Positions 1 through 10,100 of a DNA stretch of 64,000 nucleotides are shown here, in pieces; position 1 is the stretch's first letter, and every line of letters starts with the position of its first letter. The notes under the pieces are model-generated. The model had not been told where the DNA came from, did not search any database, and saw nothing but the letters and a program-made list of their open reading frames with translations. A program made the position numbers and the translations under genes. The stretch is from SAR324 cluster bacterium (lineage in GTDB: Bacteria; SAR324; NAC60-12): assembly GCA_022448485.1 (NCBI GenBank), contig JAKUUI010000003.1, forward strand, positions 3,156 through 67,155. The letters are read 5' to 3'.

Positions 1-572
1 TAAACAACTTGTGACTCACGGTTGTAATAATCAAGTATTTTTCTGCGAATGTGGTGACTGTTACAAAGAAAAGTGTCGACTCGTTTCGCCGTATTACGAT
101 CCCAACGCTGCAAATACGGACGCATTAATTCTGCACCAATTCTAACTGGCCATGAAGTTCGTGGCTGCCTAAAATATGTATCAAACTGATCCCACACGTA
201 ACGCATCGGAGCGTGTACGTATGAAATATGAAAGACAGAGTCATCATGTCTCACACCTTTAGCTACACAATGACTAGAACTGACAATTAGATCATAACCA
301 CTGAAATCAAACTGCTCTATGGCAAATGGAAACAGTGGAAGATAATGACGATATTTTTTTAACCCGAAAGGCATGCTCTGGACAAATGATGTCCTGATAG
401 ACATTGACTCAATTTTTGCTGACAGCGAACCTTTCTCATGAATTAAAGTATAAAGATCTGCCTCAGGAAACAACTCACAAAGTACCTCCAAACACTTTTC
501 ACCACCTCGCATTCCATTCAGCCAATCATGAACCAGCGCAACTTTGCGCCCCTCAAGCAATGGTATCTTCAT
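1..572 (-). CDS. Glycosyltransferase (GT4/GT-B-like), N-terminal ~190 codons; the 3' end lies outside the window
   Basis: Not in the ORF track because it is truncated. My translation of the minus strand from ATG 572-570 reads MKIPLLEGRKVALVHDWLNGMRGGEKCLEVLCELFPEADLYTLIHEKGSL...SSSHCVAKGV..., and the frame stays open to nt 1. The VHDWL..GGE N-terminus is typical of GT4 enzymes (from memory). The ATG overlaps the stop of the upstream HAD gene (ATGA). Confidence 0.6.
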   Translation of the reverse strand, partial: MKIPLLEGRKVALVHDWLNGMRGGEKCLEVLCELFPEADLYTLIHEKGSLSAKIESMSIRTSFVQSMPFGLKKYRHYLPLFPFAIEQFDFSGYDLIVSSSHCVAKGVRHDDSVFHISYVHAPMRYVWDQFDTYFRQPRTSWPVRIGAELMRPYLQRWDRNTAKRVDTFLCNSHHIRRKILDYYNRESQVV

Positions 573-1258
573 CCTTTTTCCCTGATCAGTTTCGGCAACA
601 AACCGATGTGATCCAAGTCCGAATAGTGATCTGAATCCACATGCGGGTGATCCTGTTCGTGCTCCCAGGTAGTAGTGTAAGGGATGTGGACCGCGTGCCC
701 GCCAATTTGGACAACAGGTACAATGTCTGAGCGCATTGAATTTCCAATCATCATAAAGCGCAAAGGATCAACTTTGTGTTGAGTTAATATTTTGGCATAT
801 GTCCCAGCAGTTTTATTACTAACAATCTCTACATTTGAAAAATTGTCTGCTAATCCGGAACGAGCAATTTTTGTTTCCTGATCAATCAAATCCCCCTTGG
901 TGATCAACCACAAACTATAACTTTGAGAAAGTTCTTCAACAACTTCGCGGACATGCGGCAACAACTCAATGGGGGCAACTAACATTTCCCGGCCAAAATC
1001 CAGCACCTGCTGAATTTCACTGCCACTTATGTCGCCGTCCGTCAGCTCAATGGAAGTTTCAATCATGGATAGAATGAAGCCTTTGATCCCATAACCAAAA
1101 TGTCGGAGATTTTTTATTTGAGTCGAAGATAAAGTTTGATCAACTACTTCAGGTCCATGGGATGAGAGCATTTCACGAAACTTTACTTGGGTCATAGTGA
1201 AAATAGACTCATTGTGCCAAAGGGTATCATCGGCATCAAAGGCAATTACATCAAACAT
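569..1258 (-). CDS. HAD-superfamily hydrolase/phosphatase
   Basis: Track ORF 569..1324. HAD motif I DxDxT (MFDVIAFDADDTLW) follows the internal ATG at 1258 directly, so I place the start there; the track start at 1324 is a TTG. Later HAD-like motifs are LITKGD and GNSMRSD. Confidence 0.75.
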   Translation of the reverse strand: MFDVIAFDADDTLWHNESIFTMTQVKFREMLSSHGPEVVDQTLSSTQIKNLRHFGYGIKGFILSMIETSIELTDGDISGSEIQQVLDFGREMLVAPIELLPHVREVVEELSQSYSLWLITKGDLIDQETKIARSGLADNFSNVEIVSNKTAGTYAKILTQHKVDPLRFMMIGNSMRSDIVPVVQIGGHAVHIPYTTTWEHEQDHPHVDSDHYSDLDHIGLLPKLIREKG

Positions 1259-1414
1259 GAATTCGTTTGTTGCAATCAGAGGATAGGTAAAATCAGGAGA
1301 GTAAAACAGTTGGCAGGAAGCCAATTCCGAAGCAATCGGAAAATCAGGGAGAAAAAACTTAGCTGTGGTTTTTGAGAAGTCAGCTTAGGGTGAGAAAGAA
1401 TCTCACCCATGGCT

Positions 1415-1603
1415 TTACATAGCTTGGCACTGGCGCTCCTCTATTAGTATTTCGTTTAAGGAATCTCGCATTACGTTGATCATGATCACGTCCTTGCGAG
1501 TCTTTGCCGATGCCTCCAATAGGTCCAGTCCCAGACCAATTGAAACGTCTTGCTGAGTCAAATCTTCCAACTGCAAAACTATATGCTTAAGCGAAGAATT
1601 CAT
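1415..1603 (-). CDS. Small hypothetical protein (62 aa)
   Basis: Track ORF 1415..1654. The internal ATG at 1603 is preceded by a strong SD (AAGGAGGAAG-ATG on the minus strand). The sequence MNSSLKHIVLQLEDLTQQDV... has no family I recognise. It lies downstream of ribH, where nusB often sits, but it is far too short for NusB. Confidence 0.45.
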   Translation of the reverse strand: MNSSLKHIVLQLEDLTQQDVSIGLGLDLLEASAKTRKDVIMINVMRDSLNEILIEERQCQAM

Positions 1604-1707
1604 CTTCCTCCTTGCGGTTCCTATTTTAACCGGAATATTCGACAAGGTTTCCAAAAAACCGTTGCCTGAAAAATATTATTCCAGCATACCGCTCACTGAT
1701 GCAGTTA

Positions 1708-2178
1708 CTATGCCTCCGATATTTGTTTTAATAGACGTGCCATTTCGATTGCGCAATCAGTTGCATCACGACCCTGGTTACCAGCCTTAGAACCAGAACG
1801 CTCAATGGCTTGTTCAATGGTGTCCGTCGTGAGGAGACCAAAACTAACCGGAATACCGGTTTCCAACGAGGCGGAAGCAATTCCACTAGAGGCATTTGCA
1901 CATACATAATCGTAATGCGACGTCTCTCCGCGAATTACAGCGCCCAGACAAACAACAGCATCAAATTTTCCGCTCGCTGCTAATTTTTTTGCTGCTAAAG
2001 GAAGTTCAAATGCTCCTGGCACACGTAATACAGTTGCTTTGTCCTGACTTCCGCCGTGACGCGCAAAAGAATCCAGGGCACCTTCCAGTAAACGTTCACA
2101 GACAAATTCATTAAATCTTGCCACCACGAAGGCTATTTTCAGTTCTGTGGCCAGTAAATCACCCTCAATTTGTATCAT
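1708..2178 (-). CDS. ribH: 6,7-dimethyl-8-ribityllumazine synthase
   Basis: 156 aa. It has the full-length lumazine synthase pattern ([12 protein letters not shown]...VPGAFELP...[19 protein letters not shown]). Confidence 0.92.
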   Translation of the reverse strand: MIQIEGDLLATELKIAFVVARFNEFVCERLLEGALDSFARHGGSQDKATVLRVPGAFELPLAAKKLAASGKFDAVVCLGAVIRGETSHYDYVCANASSGIASASLETGIPVSFGLLTTDTIEQAIERSGSKAGNQGRDATDCAIEMARLLKQISEA

Positions 2179-2223
2179 GTTTCTCCCGTTATTTTATTTA
2201 GCTCTATCCGTCCTTTGCAAAAG

Positions 2224-2532
2224 CTATTGAGATTTTGCATAATCGTGGAGCATTTTATAATGAAAAATTCCCGTATCATGGTTATCACTCCAGTAAACAC
2301 GAAGAGCATAGTTGCCAACATATTCACTTTTCAGAGGTCGGATATCTTTGGGGATATTTTCAGGATCCAAAGTCTTCTCACCACTGAGTTCATCAACACA
2401 ACTAGCGCATGGACATGCGTTTCGTAGATCAAAAAAACTTATATGACTTTCATGGCCGTCCTGCCAAAGAATATATACTTCTTCTCCTAATAGAATTTTT
2501 TCTGGTTTGGCTTTTTTATTTACTTTGAGCAT
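2224..2532 (-). CDS. DUF971 (gamma-butyrobetaine hydroxylase-like N-terminal) domain protein
   Basis: 102 aa. [27 protein letters not shown]...[18 protein letters not shown] matches the DUF971 pattern as I remember it. Confidence 0.7.
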   Translation of the reverse strand: MLKVNKKAKPEKILLGEEVYILWQDGHESHISFFDLRNACPCASCVDELSGEKTLDPENIPKDIRPLKSEYVGNYALRVYWSDNHDTGIFHYKMLHDYAKSQ

Positions 2533-2707
2533 AATAAGTGGGCCATTTCAAACAAGAGTCTCTTTTCAAAAAAACTTATAGTTTCAAAAAATCGAATTGC
2601 CTGTTAATTTACAGTAATTGAAAGAACAACTCAAGCATTCGTTAGCGGAACAATGTTTGCTTTCATGAAGAATAGCGTGATTATTACAATCAAATTTGAG
2701 GGAAGCC

Positions 2708-3115
2708 GTGGCCGAAACAGAAGAAACTGGAGAAAAAGAAGAGGCTGGAAAATTCGGAAAGGCACCAGATGCTTCTCTGGAAAGCATTAAAAAGGCTCCA
2801 GAAGAGACCCAGCAGAAATACCACTCCGTCTCTTCTAAAGGAGATTCACTGAAAATACTGGGAGCAGAAGTCCTCAGCAGCAGCTCCAAAGATGATTTAA
2901 AAACTAAATTACCCAAAGCAATTGTGATAAAGAAAAATCTCAAAAAAGATGTGGAAATACTTTATGCCAGTTTCAAAGAATTTGAGAAAACTCACAGTAG
3001 CCCGGAAGAAGTTAATGAATTCAAGCAAGCATGCAACAATGTGATTCGATCCGCACAAAAATCACATGCTGAAATCAAAGACAAAGTTTATACAATTTAC
3101 GATAAAAAGAAATAA
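2708..3115 (+). CDS. Hypothetical Lys/Glu/Ser-rich protein
   Basis: Track ORF 2696..3115 (TTG). It has no internal Met. GTG at 2708 has an SD-like GAGGGA 4 nt upstream. It is co-directional with tmk and ends 32 nt before it. The overlapping minus-strand ORF 2584..2943 looks like antisense noise. Confidence 0.4.
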   Translation: MAETEETGEKEEAGKFGKAPDASLESIKKAPEETQQKYHSVSSKGDSLKILGAEVLSSSSKDDLKTKLPKAIVIKKNLKKDVEILYASFKEFEKTHSSPEEVNEFKQACNNVIRSAQKSHAEIKDKVYTIYDKKK

Positions 3116-3147
3116 CACCTTCCTCACAATTTTTACGTCCCAATTCC

Positions 3148-3786
3148 ATGCATTCCGGAAGACTTATCACTTTTGAGGGACTTGACGGCTGCGGAAAGAC
3201 TACCCAGTTAGAAAAGGCAAAAGACTGGCTGACCGAGCAAGGTTATGACGTCCTCAAAACACGGCAGCCCGGAGGCACAAAAATTGGCCGGCAAATCCGG
3301 AGTATCCTGCTCGATCCGGAACACGAAGAGCTGCAGCCGGAAAGTGAATTGCTGCTCTATTTGTCAGATAGAATACAGCACATTCAAGAAACAATTATTC
3401 CTGCAAAAGCAACTGGAAAAATTGTTCTATGCGACCGCTTTCATGACTCAACTGTAGCCTACCAGGGCTATGGCAGGGGATTGAATCTAAACAGTATTGA
3501 ATCCGTTGTTGCACACTGCATAAAACCCTATGATCCGGACTTAACTATTCTCCTGAATATTTCTCCGGAAACCGTTCCTCTGCGTCTTGAGCAACGTGAG
3601 GAGTACGCAGAAAAAGATCGTCTGGACTTGGAATCATTAAATTTTTTCAAGAAAACCGCGCAAGGATTTCAGGTTTTGGCCGCAGCTGAAACTGAACGTT
3701 ATGTCTGTCTCAACGGAGAACAGGATATTGAAGTTATTCATCAAGAAATCGTAGCTGTCTTACAGGAACGATTCCAGTTAGGATAA
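3148..3786 (+). CDS. tmk: Thymidylate (dTMP) kinase
   Basis: 212 aa, with P-loop FEGLDGCGKTTQ, DRF..S..AYQG and a typical Tmk length. Confidence 0.92.
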   Translation: MHSGRLITFEGLDGCGKTTQLEKAKDWLTEQGYDVLKTRQPGGTKIGRQIRSILLDPEHEELQPESELLLYLSDRIQHIQETIIPAKATGKIVLCDRFHDSTVAYQGYGRGLNLNSIESVVAHCIKPYDPDLTILLNISPETVPLRLEQREEYAEKDRLDLESLNFFKKTAQGFQVLAAAETERYVCLNGEQDIEVIHQEIVAVLQERFQLG

Positions 3787-3932
3787 AAAAATCGTGAAAC
3801 ACGGCTACTTAGTTCATTTAGAGGCATTAGTGGGAATATTAAATTTGGATAATATCAGCTTAAATAAACCCTGCCTACCCATTAATTTTTTCATAATTTC
3901 CAGGCATTCAAAATGGTAAAAAAAGGCACTGC

Positions 3933-4691
3933 ATGAGAAGCGCATTTTTTCAACAACCTCTGGAGTACCAAATTGAAGTTGAGGGGGAGTCATGGGAACA
4001 GGGCGAAGTGGTAAAAGGTCTACTTCGCGTGAGGAACATGAGCAGTGAAGCTGTCTCTGTAAAAACACCTCAGATAATCCTTGCACACGGTCTGAAGAAA
4101 GAGATCAAAGAAGCTGCAGAAGTCCCATGGGAAGTGGTGGGAAAACAAGTAGCAACTCAAGAAATTAGCTTGCAGGCCGCTGGTGAGCAGACTTTCGAAT
4201 GGAGTTTTATTTTGCCTACAGACTCTCCAATTACAGACAAACAGGGTGGACTGTATTTGCTTTTTGGCGGAGAGGAAGCACTAACTAAAGGTGGACGGCT
4301 TAATTTGCAGATTAACCTGCATCCGATCCTGCAAAATTTTCTGCAAACTTTCACGACTCAATTTCGGTTTCTGGAAAAATATCAAAAACGCAAATCAGAA
4401 TGGACTGAGATCAAGCTTATTCCACCGGAATCACGGGAATTTCCCAACATGGACTATGTGTATTGTTTCCTCCGGATTCGTGACGAGCAGCTCGAGGCAC
4501 ACTATCGTTTCAAAATGAGCGGGCTCGGACGCACAGGTGAAAAAATGACAGTCACAAAAAAGAATCGTGAGCTCGAACAGAGTATCCCTCCGGAAAACTA
4601 CCTGCAGCCGGGAGGTTTCCCAAATCGTGCATGTTTTCGTGAAAATATTGATCAAGCCCTCAATATTGCCAGGCCAGAAGTAATGTTTTGA
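3933..4691 (+). CDS. Hypothetical protein (252 aa)
   Basis: Long ATG-initiated ORF with an AAAGG SD-like element upstream. I recognise no family with confidence. The N-terminal half resembles beta-sandwich arrestin/Spo0M-like proteins, but that is an impression only. Confidence 0.55.
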   Translation: MRSAFFQQPLEYQIEVEGESWEQGEVVKGLLRVRNMSSEAVSVKTPQIILAHGLKKEIKEAAEVPWEVVGKQVATQEISLQAAGEQTFEWSFILPTDSPITDKQGGLYLLFGGEEALTKGGRLNLQINLHPILQNFLQTFTTQFRFLEKYQKRKSEWTEIKLIPPESREFPNMDYVYCFLRIRDEQLEAHYRFKMSGLGRTGEKMTVTKKNRELEQSIPPENYLQPGGFPNRACFRENIDQALNIARPEVMF

Positions 4692-4769
4692 TTTGGACAA
4701 CAAATCCCGGCAAGTCCTGCCGCGCTGTTTGAAACACTGTAGAAACAATCCCACTTTACTGCAGACAGA

Positions 4770-5585
4770 TTAACGCAAATATAGCTGATCCAATACAAAT
4801 TCCAAATTGTTTACTCCCAAAGAAATCAAGTCTTGGGATCTGCCAATTATTTCTCCTGGAACAGACTGAAATGGCTGATTATTTTTATCAGTAAGAATTC
4901 GGAGGGAATATTTTCCACTCAGAGTTTGACCTCCCATCGCGTTTGATTGACCAATGCTGAATTTTTGAGGAAAATTAAATTTTTCCAACATTTTGATGGC
5001 CACAGGGCGTCCCTTTTTAGGATCAAACAGCATGATCACTAGCCGATCTTCTGAGTCCACTTGGTCCAAGAACTTTGGGTGTACGGTGATGATTCCGCGG
5101 ATGCTGGTCTTAGGAGAGTCTGTTGAAAAAGCCAATAGTTCTGCGGGAAGCCTTATAAAAGGACGATCCATATAATACTCAACCCTCTCTGTTCCCAAAG
5201 GAATTGAAGGTGTAAGCTGCCCGATGACTTCTCCAGGTGAAGAACGATTTGGATTCCCGTCTTTGTCTGTGAGTACAAGCAGTCGATAAGCTCCTCTGAG
5301 CGGGCGACTGGTGTCAGCTTGTCCAACACTGAATGTTAATGGAGGTAAAAAAGGGTTGATAATTTGTGAAGCTACCAGTTCAAGCGTTTTCGGATCAAAA
5401 AGCAAAACATGAGCATTGTCTGTTTTTATAATTCCTCCACCAACTCCGTTAGCTGAAAGAATGACTCCGCTGATGCTATACTCTAATTTAGTAGCATTGC
5501 GACTTAATTCGTTCCATAGCGCTGAAACCGTCAAACCAACAAAACCAACGAATGCGGACCAAAAAATGAGTTTATTTTTACTCAC
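4770..5585 (-). CDS. Membrane-anchored hypothetical protein with an internal tandem duplication
   Basis: 271 aa with an N-terminal TM segment (LIFWSAFVGFVGLTVSALW). Two ~105-aa repeats share LFDPK...F(S/T)(I/V)GQ...Y.L..LTDK...P....PGE(I/V)IG...(I/S)(P/S)LG...(V/L)E(Y/F). Confidence 0.6.
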   Translation of the reverse strand: MSKNKLIFWSAFVGFVGLTVSALWNELSRNATKLEYSISGVILSANGVGGGIIKTDNAHVLLFDPKTLELVASQIINPFLPPLTFSVGQADTSRPLRGAYRLLVLTDKDGNPNRSSPGEVIGQLTPSIPLGTERVEYYMDRPFIRLPAELLAFSTDSPKTSIRGIITVHPKFLDQVDSEDRLVIMLFDPKKGRPVAIKMLEKFNFPQKFSIGQSNAMGGQTLSGKYSLRILTDKNNQPFQSVPGEIIGRSQDLISLGVNNLEFVLDQLYLR

Positions 5586-5607
5586 AAAAATTTAGTTTGA
5601 ACAATTG

Positions 5608-7125
5608 TTAAACCAGCTCTTCAGCCTGAGGTGTAGTTGGAAGCTGCGTAGTTCCCATTAAATATCTGTCTATACAGCGCGCAGACTCACGTCCTTCCCA
5701 TATTGCCCAAACTACGATCGAAGCACCACGATTTGCGTCACCCGCTACGAAAACTCCGTCTTCGCTGGTCATAAAGTTTTCATCTGAATAAATGGTGAAC
5801 ATCGGTTGCGCGTTTCTTAGCATTTTTTTCACTTCCTCAGCTGAACGAGACTCATCTCCTCCAAAAACATTCAATCTAACTCCCAGTTCTTCCAGTAATC
5901 CATCCAAGTTTGGCCCTAAAAAACCCATTGCCAGAAACACCAAATCCGTAGACACTGTGAACTCTGAACCTGGAACACGCTGCATCTTCATGCGTCCAGC
6001 TTCCAGTTTCCATTCTACACTTACTGCCTGCAAAGATTTTACTCGTCCCTTACCATTGTCAGTGATGCTTTCAGTCAAAATATTGGCTCTGCAATCAGGA
6101 TCAGCTTCTTCATGCACAGGGGTTGGGCGAGGCTCCATGTCAATCAGCTCAAACTGGTGAATCTCTGGATCCGCTCCTTGCCTATTAAGGTTACCTAAAC
6201 AATCCGCTGCAGTAAATCCGCCTCCGAGAATTACCACTGATTTGCTCTCACATTCAATTTTTTCCTCTTCCGGAATGAAGTCTCCAGCAACATCTCGATT
6301 ACGCTGGGGAAGATAATTCATAGCGTAATGGACACCCTCTAAATCACTTCCTTCAACTAGAAGTTTTCGCGCATGTTGTGCTCCGGTTGCCAACAATATT
6401 GCATCAAAGCCCTTCCGGAGTTCTTTTACTGAGAAATCCACTCCAACATGGACACCCGTCTGGAACTTAACTCCCTCGGCTCTAAGTTGTTCGACGCGCC
6501 GAGAGACGATATTTTTTTCTAGTTTAAAATCTGGAATTCCGTAAACCAGCAATCCACCAATTCTGTCATCCTTTTCAAAAACAGTCACAATATGACCCGC
6601 TCTCCGCAACTGCTGTGCTGCTGCCAGTCCAGCTGGTCCTGAACCAACAACAGCTATAAGCTTGTTTGTACGTTCCTCCGGAGGCTGAGGTTTGATCCAA
6701 CCCTCTGACCAACCTCGTTCAGCGATGTGTTTTTCAATTTCTTCAATTGTCACAGCATTCACTTTCTTTAGTTTTTCATCAGCATCCAGAGTGTAATGTT
6801 CATTCAACACACAGGTGTCCTCACAAGGAGCTGGACAAATACGGCCAGTGAACTCTGGAAAATTGTTGGTGCTGTGCAAAGCGGCAAGCGCCTCTTTCCA
6901 GTGTCCGCGATAGACAAGGTCGTTCCAGTCTGGAATCATGTTGCCCAATGGGCAACCCATGTGGCAAAACGGAACTCCGCAATCCATGCAACGGGAAGCC
7001 TGACGCTGCATTTCTTCTTCAGCAAAAAAAGTATCATATTCCTGAAAATCACGTACCCTTTCCTTCACTGGACGCAGTGGTGGACTCTCTTTTTCAAATT
7101 CTAAAAAACCAGTATTTTTTCCCAT
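5608..7125 (-). CDS. gltD: Glutamate synthase (NADPH) small subunit
   Basis: 505 aa. N-terminal Fe-S cysteines ([15 protein letters not shown]), the dinucleotide fold [12 protein letters not shown], and a position immediately downstream of gltB. Confidence 0.9.
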   Translation of the reverse strand: MGKNTGFLEFEKESPPLRPVKERVRDFQEYDTFFAEEEMQRQASRCMDCGVPFCHMGCPLGNMIPDWNDLVYRGHWKEALAALHSTNNFPEFTGRICPAPCEDTCVLNEHYTLDADEKLKKVNAVTIEEIEKHIAERGWSEGWIKPQPPEERTNKLIAVVGSGPAGLAAAQQLRRAGHIVTVFEKDDRIGGLLVYGIPDFKLEKNIVSRRVEQLRAEGVKFQTGVHVGVDFSVKELRKGFDAILLATGAQHARKLLVEGSDLEGVHYAMNYLPQRNRDVAGDFIPEEEKIECESKSVVILGGGFTAADCLGNLNRQGADPEIHQFELIDMEPRPTPVHEEADPDCRANILTESITDNGKGRVKSLQAVSVEWKLEAGRMKMQRVPGSEFTVSTDLVFLAMGFLGPNLDGLLEELGVRLNVFGGDESRSAEEVKKMLRNAQPMFTIYSDENFMTSEDGVFVAGDANRGASIVVWAIWEGRESARCIDRYLMGTTQLPTTPQAEELV

Positions 7126-7157
7126 TTGCGTTAAATTTTCAGAGAGTGTAATTTTTC

Positions 7158-10100
7158 TCAGGCCGCTTTGTTCTTCAATGATTCCAATACGGCACGGTAT
7201 TCAATTGGCATCACTTTTACAAACTGCAGCAACACTTCATCCCATTTTCCCAATAATTGTGTAGCCCGCACACTTCCTGTGTATTCCAAATGACGTTCGA
7301 TCCACTTCCGAAGCCATAACTTTTCTTCAGTATCACTAACATTTTCCAGGGTAACCATTTCGGAATTACAATTAGACTCAAACTTCTGATTTTCGTCCAA
7401 AACATAAGAAATTCCCCCGCTCATGCCAGCAGCAAAGTTTTTCCCAGTTTCTCCAAGGACAATTACATTTCCGCCTGTCATATATTCACAACCGTGGTCA
7501 CCAACACCCTCGACCACCGCTGTTGCCCCACTGTTTCGGACAGCAAACCGTTCCCCGGCTATGCCGCAGAAAAACACTTCACCTCCGGTGGCGCCATAAA
7601 GAACAGTATTACCAATCAGAATATTTTCATCAGCATTGAACGTTGATTTTTTGGGAGGATAAATAATCAATCGCCCTCCGCTCAAACCTTTTCCAGTATA
7701 ATCGTTGGCATCCCCCTCGAGCTCGAGAGTAACTCCGTGAGCCAAAAACGCACCGAAACTCTGTCCAGCAGATCCTAGAAACTTGCAATGAATAGTGTTA
7801 TCCTTCAACGCTTTTGCTCCGTATTTCTTGGCAATTTCACTACTTAACATAGTCCCAACCGAACGGTTAACATTGAAGATCGGCAACGAAAAATTAACAG
7901 CCTTTTCGTATTGTAGAGCAATTTTAGATTCCTTAATTATCTTATGATCTAGTTGTTTGTCCAGTCCGTGATCTTGTTTCTGGGTACAAAAACGAGTATC
8001 ACCCTTTCCTAATGGAATCTGATGCAGTATTGTCGATAAATTCACTTTCTCAGCTTTCCAATGTTTTATGTTCGTGCGTTGCTTCAACATGTCGGTACGT
8101 CCAACCATTTCATCGACTCTTCGAAAACCCAGCTCGGCCATCAATTTTCGGAGTTCTTCTGCAACAAAAAAGAAATAGTTGATGACGTGTTCCGGCTGTC
8201 CAGTAAACTTTTTGCGCAATTCCGGATTCTGAGTGGCAATACCAACCGGACAGGTATTGAGGTGACATTTGCGCATCATAATGCAGCCAATTGCAATCAA
8301 TGGAATTGTCGCAAAACCATACTCTTCCGCACCCAACAAAGCAGCAACCGCCACGTCCCGTCCAGTTTTAAGTTGTCCATCAATTTGCAAACGTACCCGT
8401 CCACGCATATGATTCAGCATCAATGTTTGCTGAGCCTCGGAAAGCCCCAGTTCCCACGGAACTCCAGCGTGTTTTATTGAAGTCAGTGGAGATGCACCTG
8501 TTCCACCATCATGTCCAGCGATGGTGATAATGTCAGCGTGAGCTTTTGCGACTCCCGCAGCAATGGTTCCAACTCCTGCTTCTGCAACTAGTTTTACGTT
8601 GACATTAGCTTTTGGATTTGCATTTTTCAGATCAAATATCAGTTGTGCTAAATCTTCAATTGAATAAATATCATGGTGCGGTGGCGGCGAAATCAGCGTC
8701 ACTCCGGGAATAGAATTGCGAACTTTTGCAATTTCTTCACTGACTTTTTCCCCGGGTAATTGTCCTCCTTCTCCTGGCTTTGCGCCCTGTGCAATTTTAA
8801 TTTGGATTTCAGTGCAATTGACCAGATAGTGGATTGTGACGCCAAAACGACCGGAAGCAACTTGCTTAATGTTGCTAATTGGCCAATCACCATTGGCTCG
8901 TTTTTCGAAACGTTCGGAGTCTTCACCACCTTCTCCACTGTTACTTCTCGCACCAATACGATTCATAGCAATCGCAAGAGTTTCATGAGACTCTTTGCTG
9001 ATAGATCCAAATGACATAGCTCCAGTGACAAAACGTTTGACGATATTCTCAGCTGGTTCGACTTCATCAAGCAAAATTGGAGTCCCATCTGCAAACTCAA
9101 TTAAACTCCTTGGTGTTGAAAAACGATGAGCTTGATCGTTGACGAGACGTGAGAATTCATCATATGCGTCCAAGCTATTTTTACGAACAGCTCTCTGCAA
9201 AGTGTTCGTCATCACCGGATTGATTTGGTGAAATTCTCCTCGTCTTCGCCAATTATAAAAACCTCCACCAGAAAGTATTACACTTGTATCCGGAGGTTCC
9301 ACCAAAGCCGATTCATGCCTCAATAAGGTTTCCTGCGCTATTTCCGGTAAACCGATACCGCTTATTCTGGATGGAGTACTTGTAAAATAATTTTGAACCA
9401 GATCTTCATCTAAACCAATTGCTTCAAATATTTGTGCACCGCGGTAGCTTTGAATTGATGAAATACCCATTTTAGAGAACACTTTATACATTCCCTTACG
9501 AATGGCCTTATAATAATTCTTATTAGCCTTTTCCAAGGTCAGTTCTTTCGGTAAGGCTTTTTGTTGAATCATTTGATCAAAAGTTTCAAACGCCAAATAC
9601 GGATTTATAGCCCCTGCCCCGTAGCTCACAAGTAAACAAAAATGTGCAATTTCCCTTGCTTCTCCAGTTTCGACAACTATTCCTGTTTTATAGCGTATTC
9701 GTTTCAGCATCAGGTGATGGTGAACTGCTCCTACTGCCAATAAGGCTGGAATCGGAGCTTGATCCTTCCCAGCACCACGATCACTTAAAACAAGTATAGC
9801 GGAGCCGGATTTCACTGCACTTTCCGCTTCATTACAAAGTTGTTTGAGCGCTTTGGAAAATCCGTCTGTACCTGATTCAGCCTCAAATAGCATTCTTAAA
9901 GTTGTCGATCGGAAATCCTTTTTGTCTAGTTCTTTAATTTGTACAAGTTGTTCGTTACTCAGAATTGGATGGAGGAGTTTAAGCATTCGGGCGTGTTTGG
10001 GACCAGGATTAAGAATATTTTTTTCTGGTCCCAACCGGCTAGTAAGTGACATCACCAATTCCTCTCTGATGGCATCAACTGGAGGATTGCTCACTTGCGC

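Noticed and set aside
404-634. Plus-strand ORF of 76 aa
   Set aside because: It lies antisense to the GT4 glycosyltransferase and HAD coding sequences and has no recognisable features.
2584-2943. Minus-strand ORF of 119 aa overlapping the Lys/Glu-rich plus-strand ORF
   Set aside because: Its sequence looks like the complement of a purine-rich coding strand (Ser/Phe/Leu-rich). The plus-strand frame is co-directional with tmk and has an SD-like element, so I preferred it, though only weakly.
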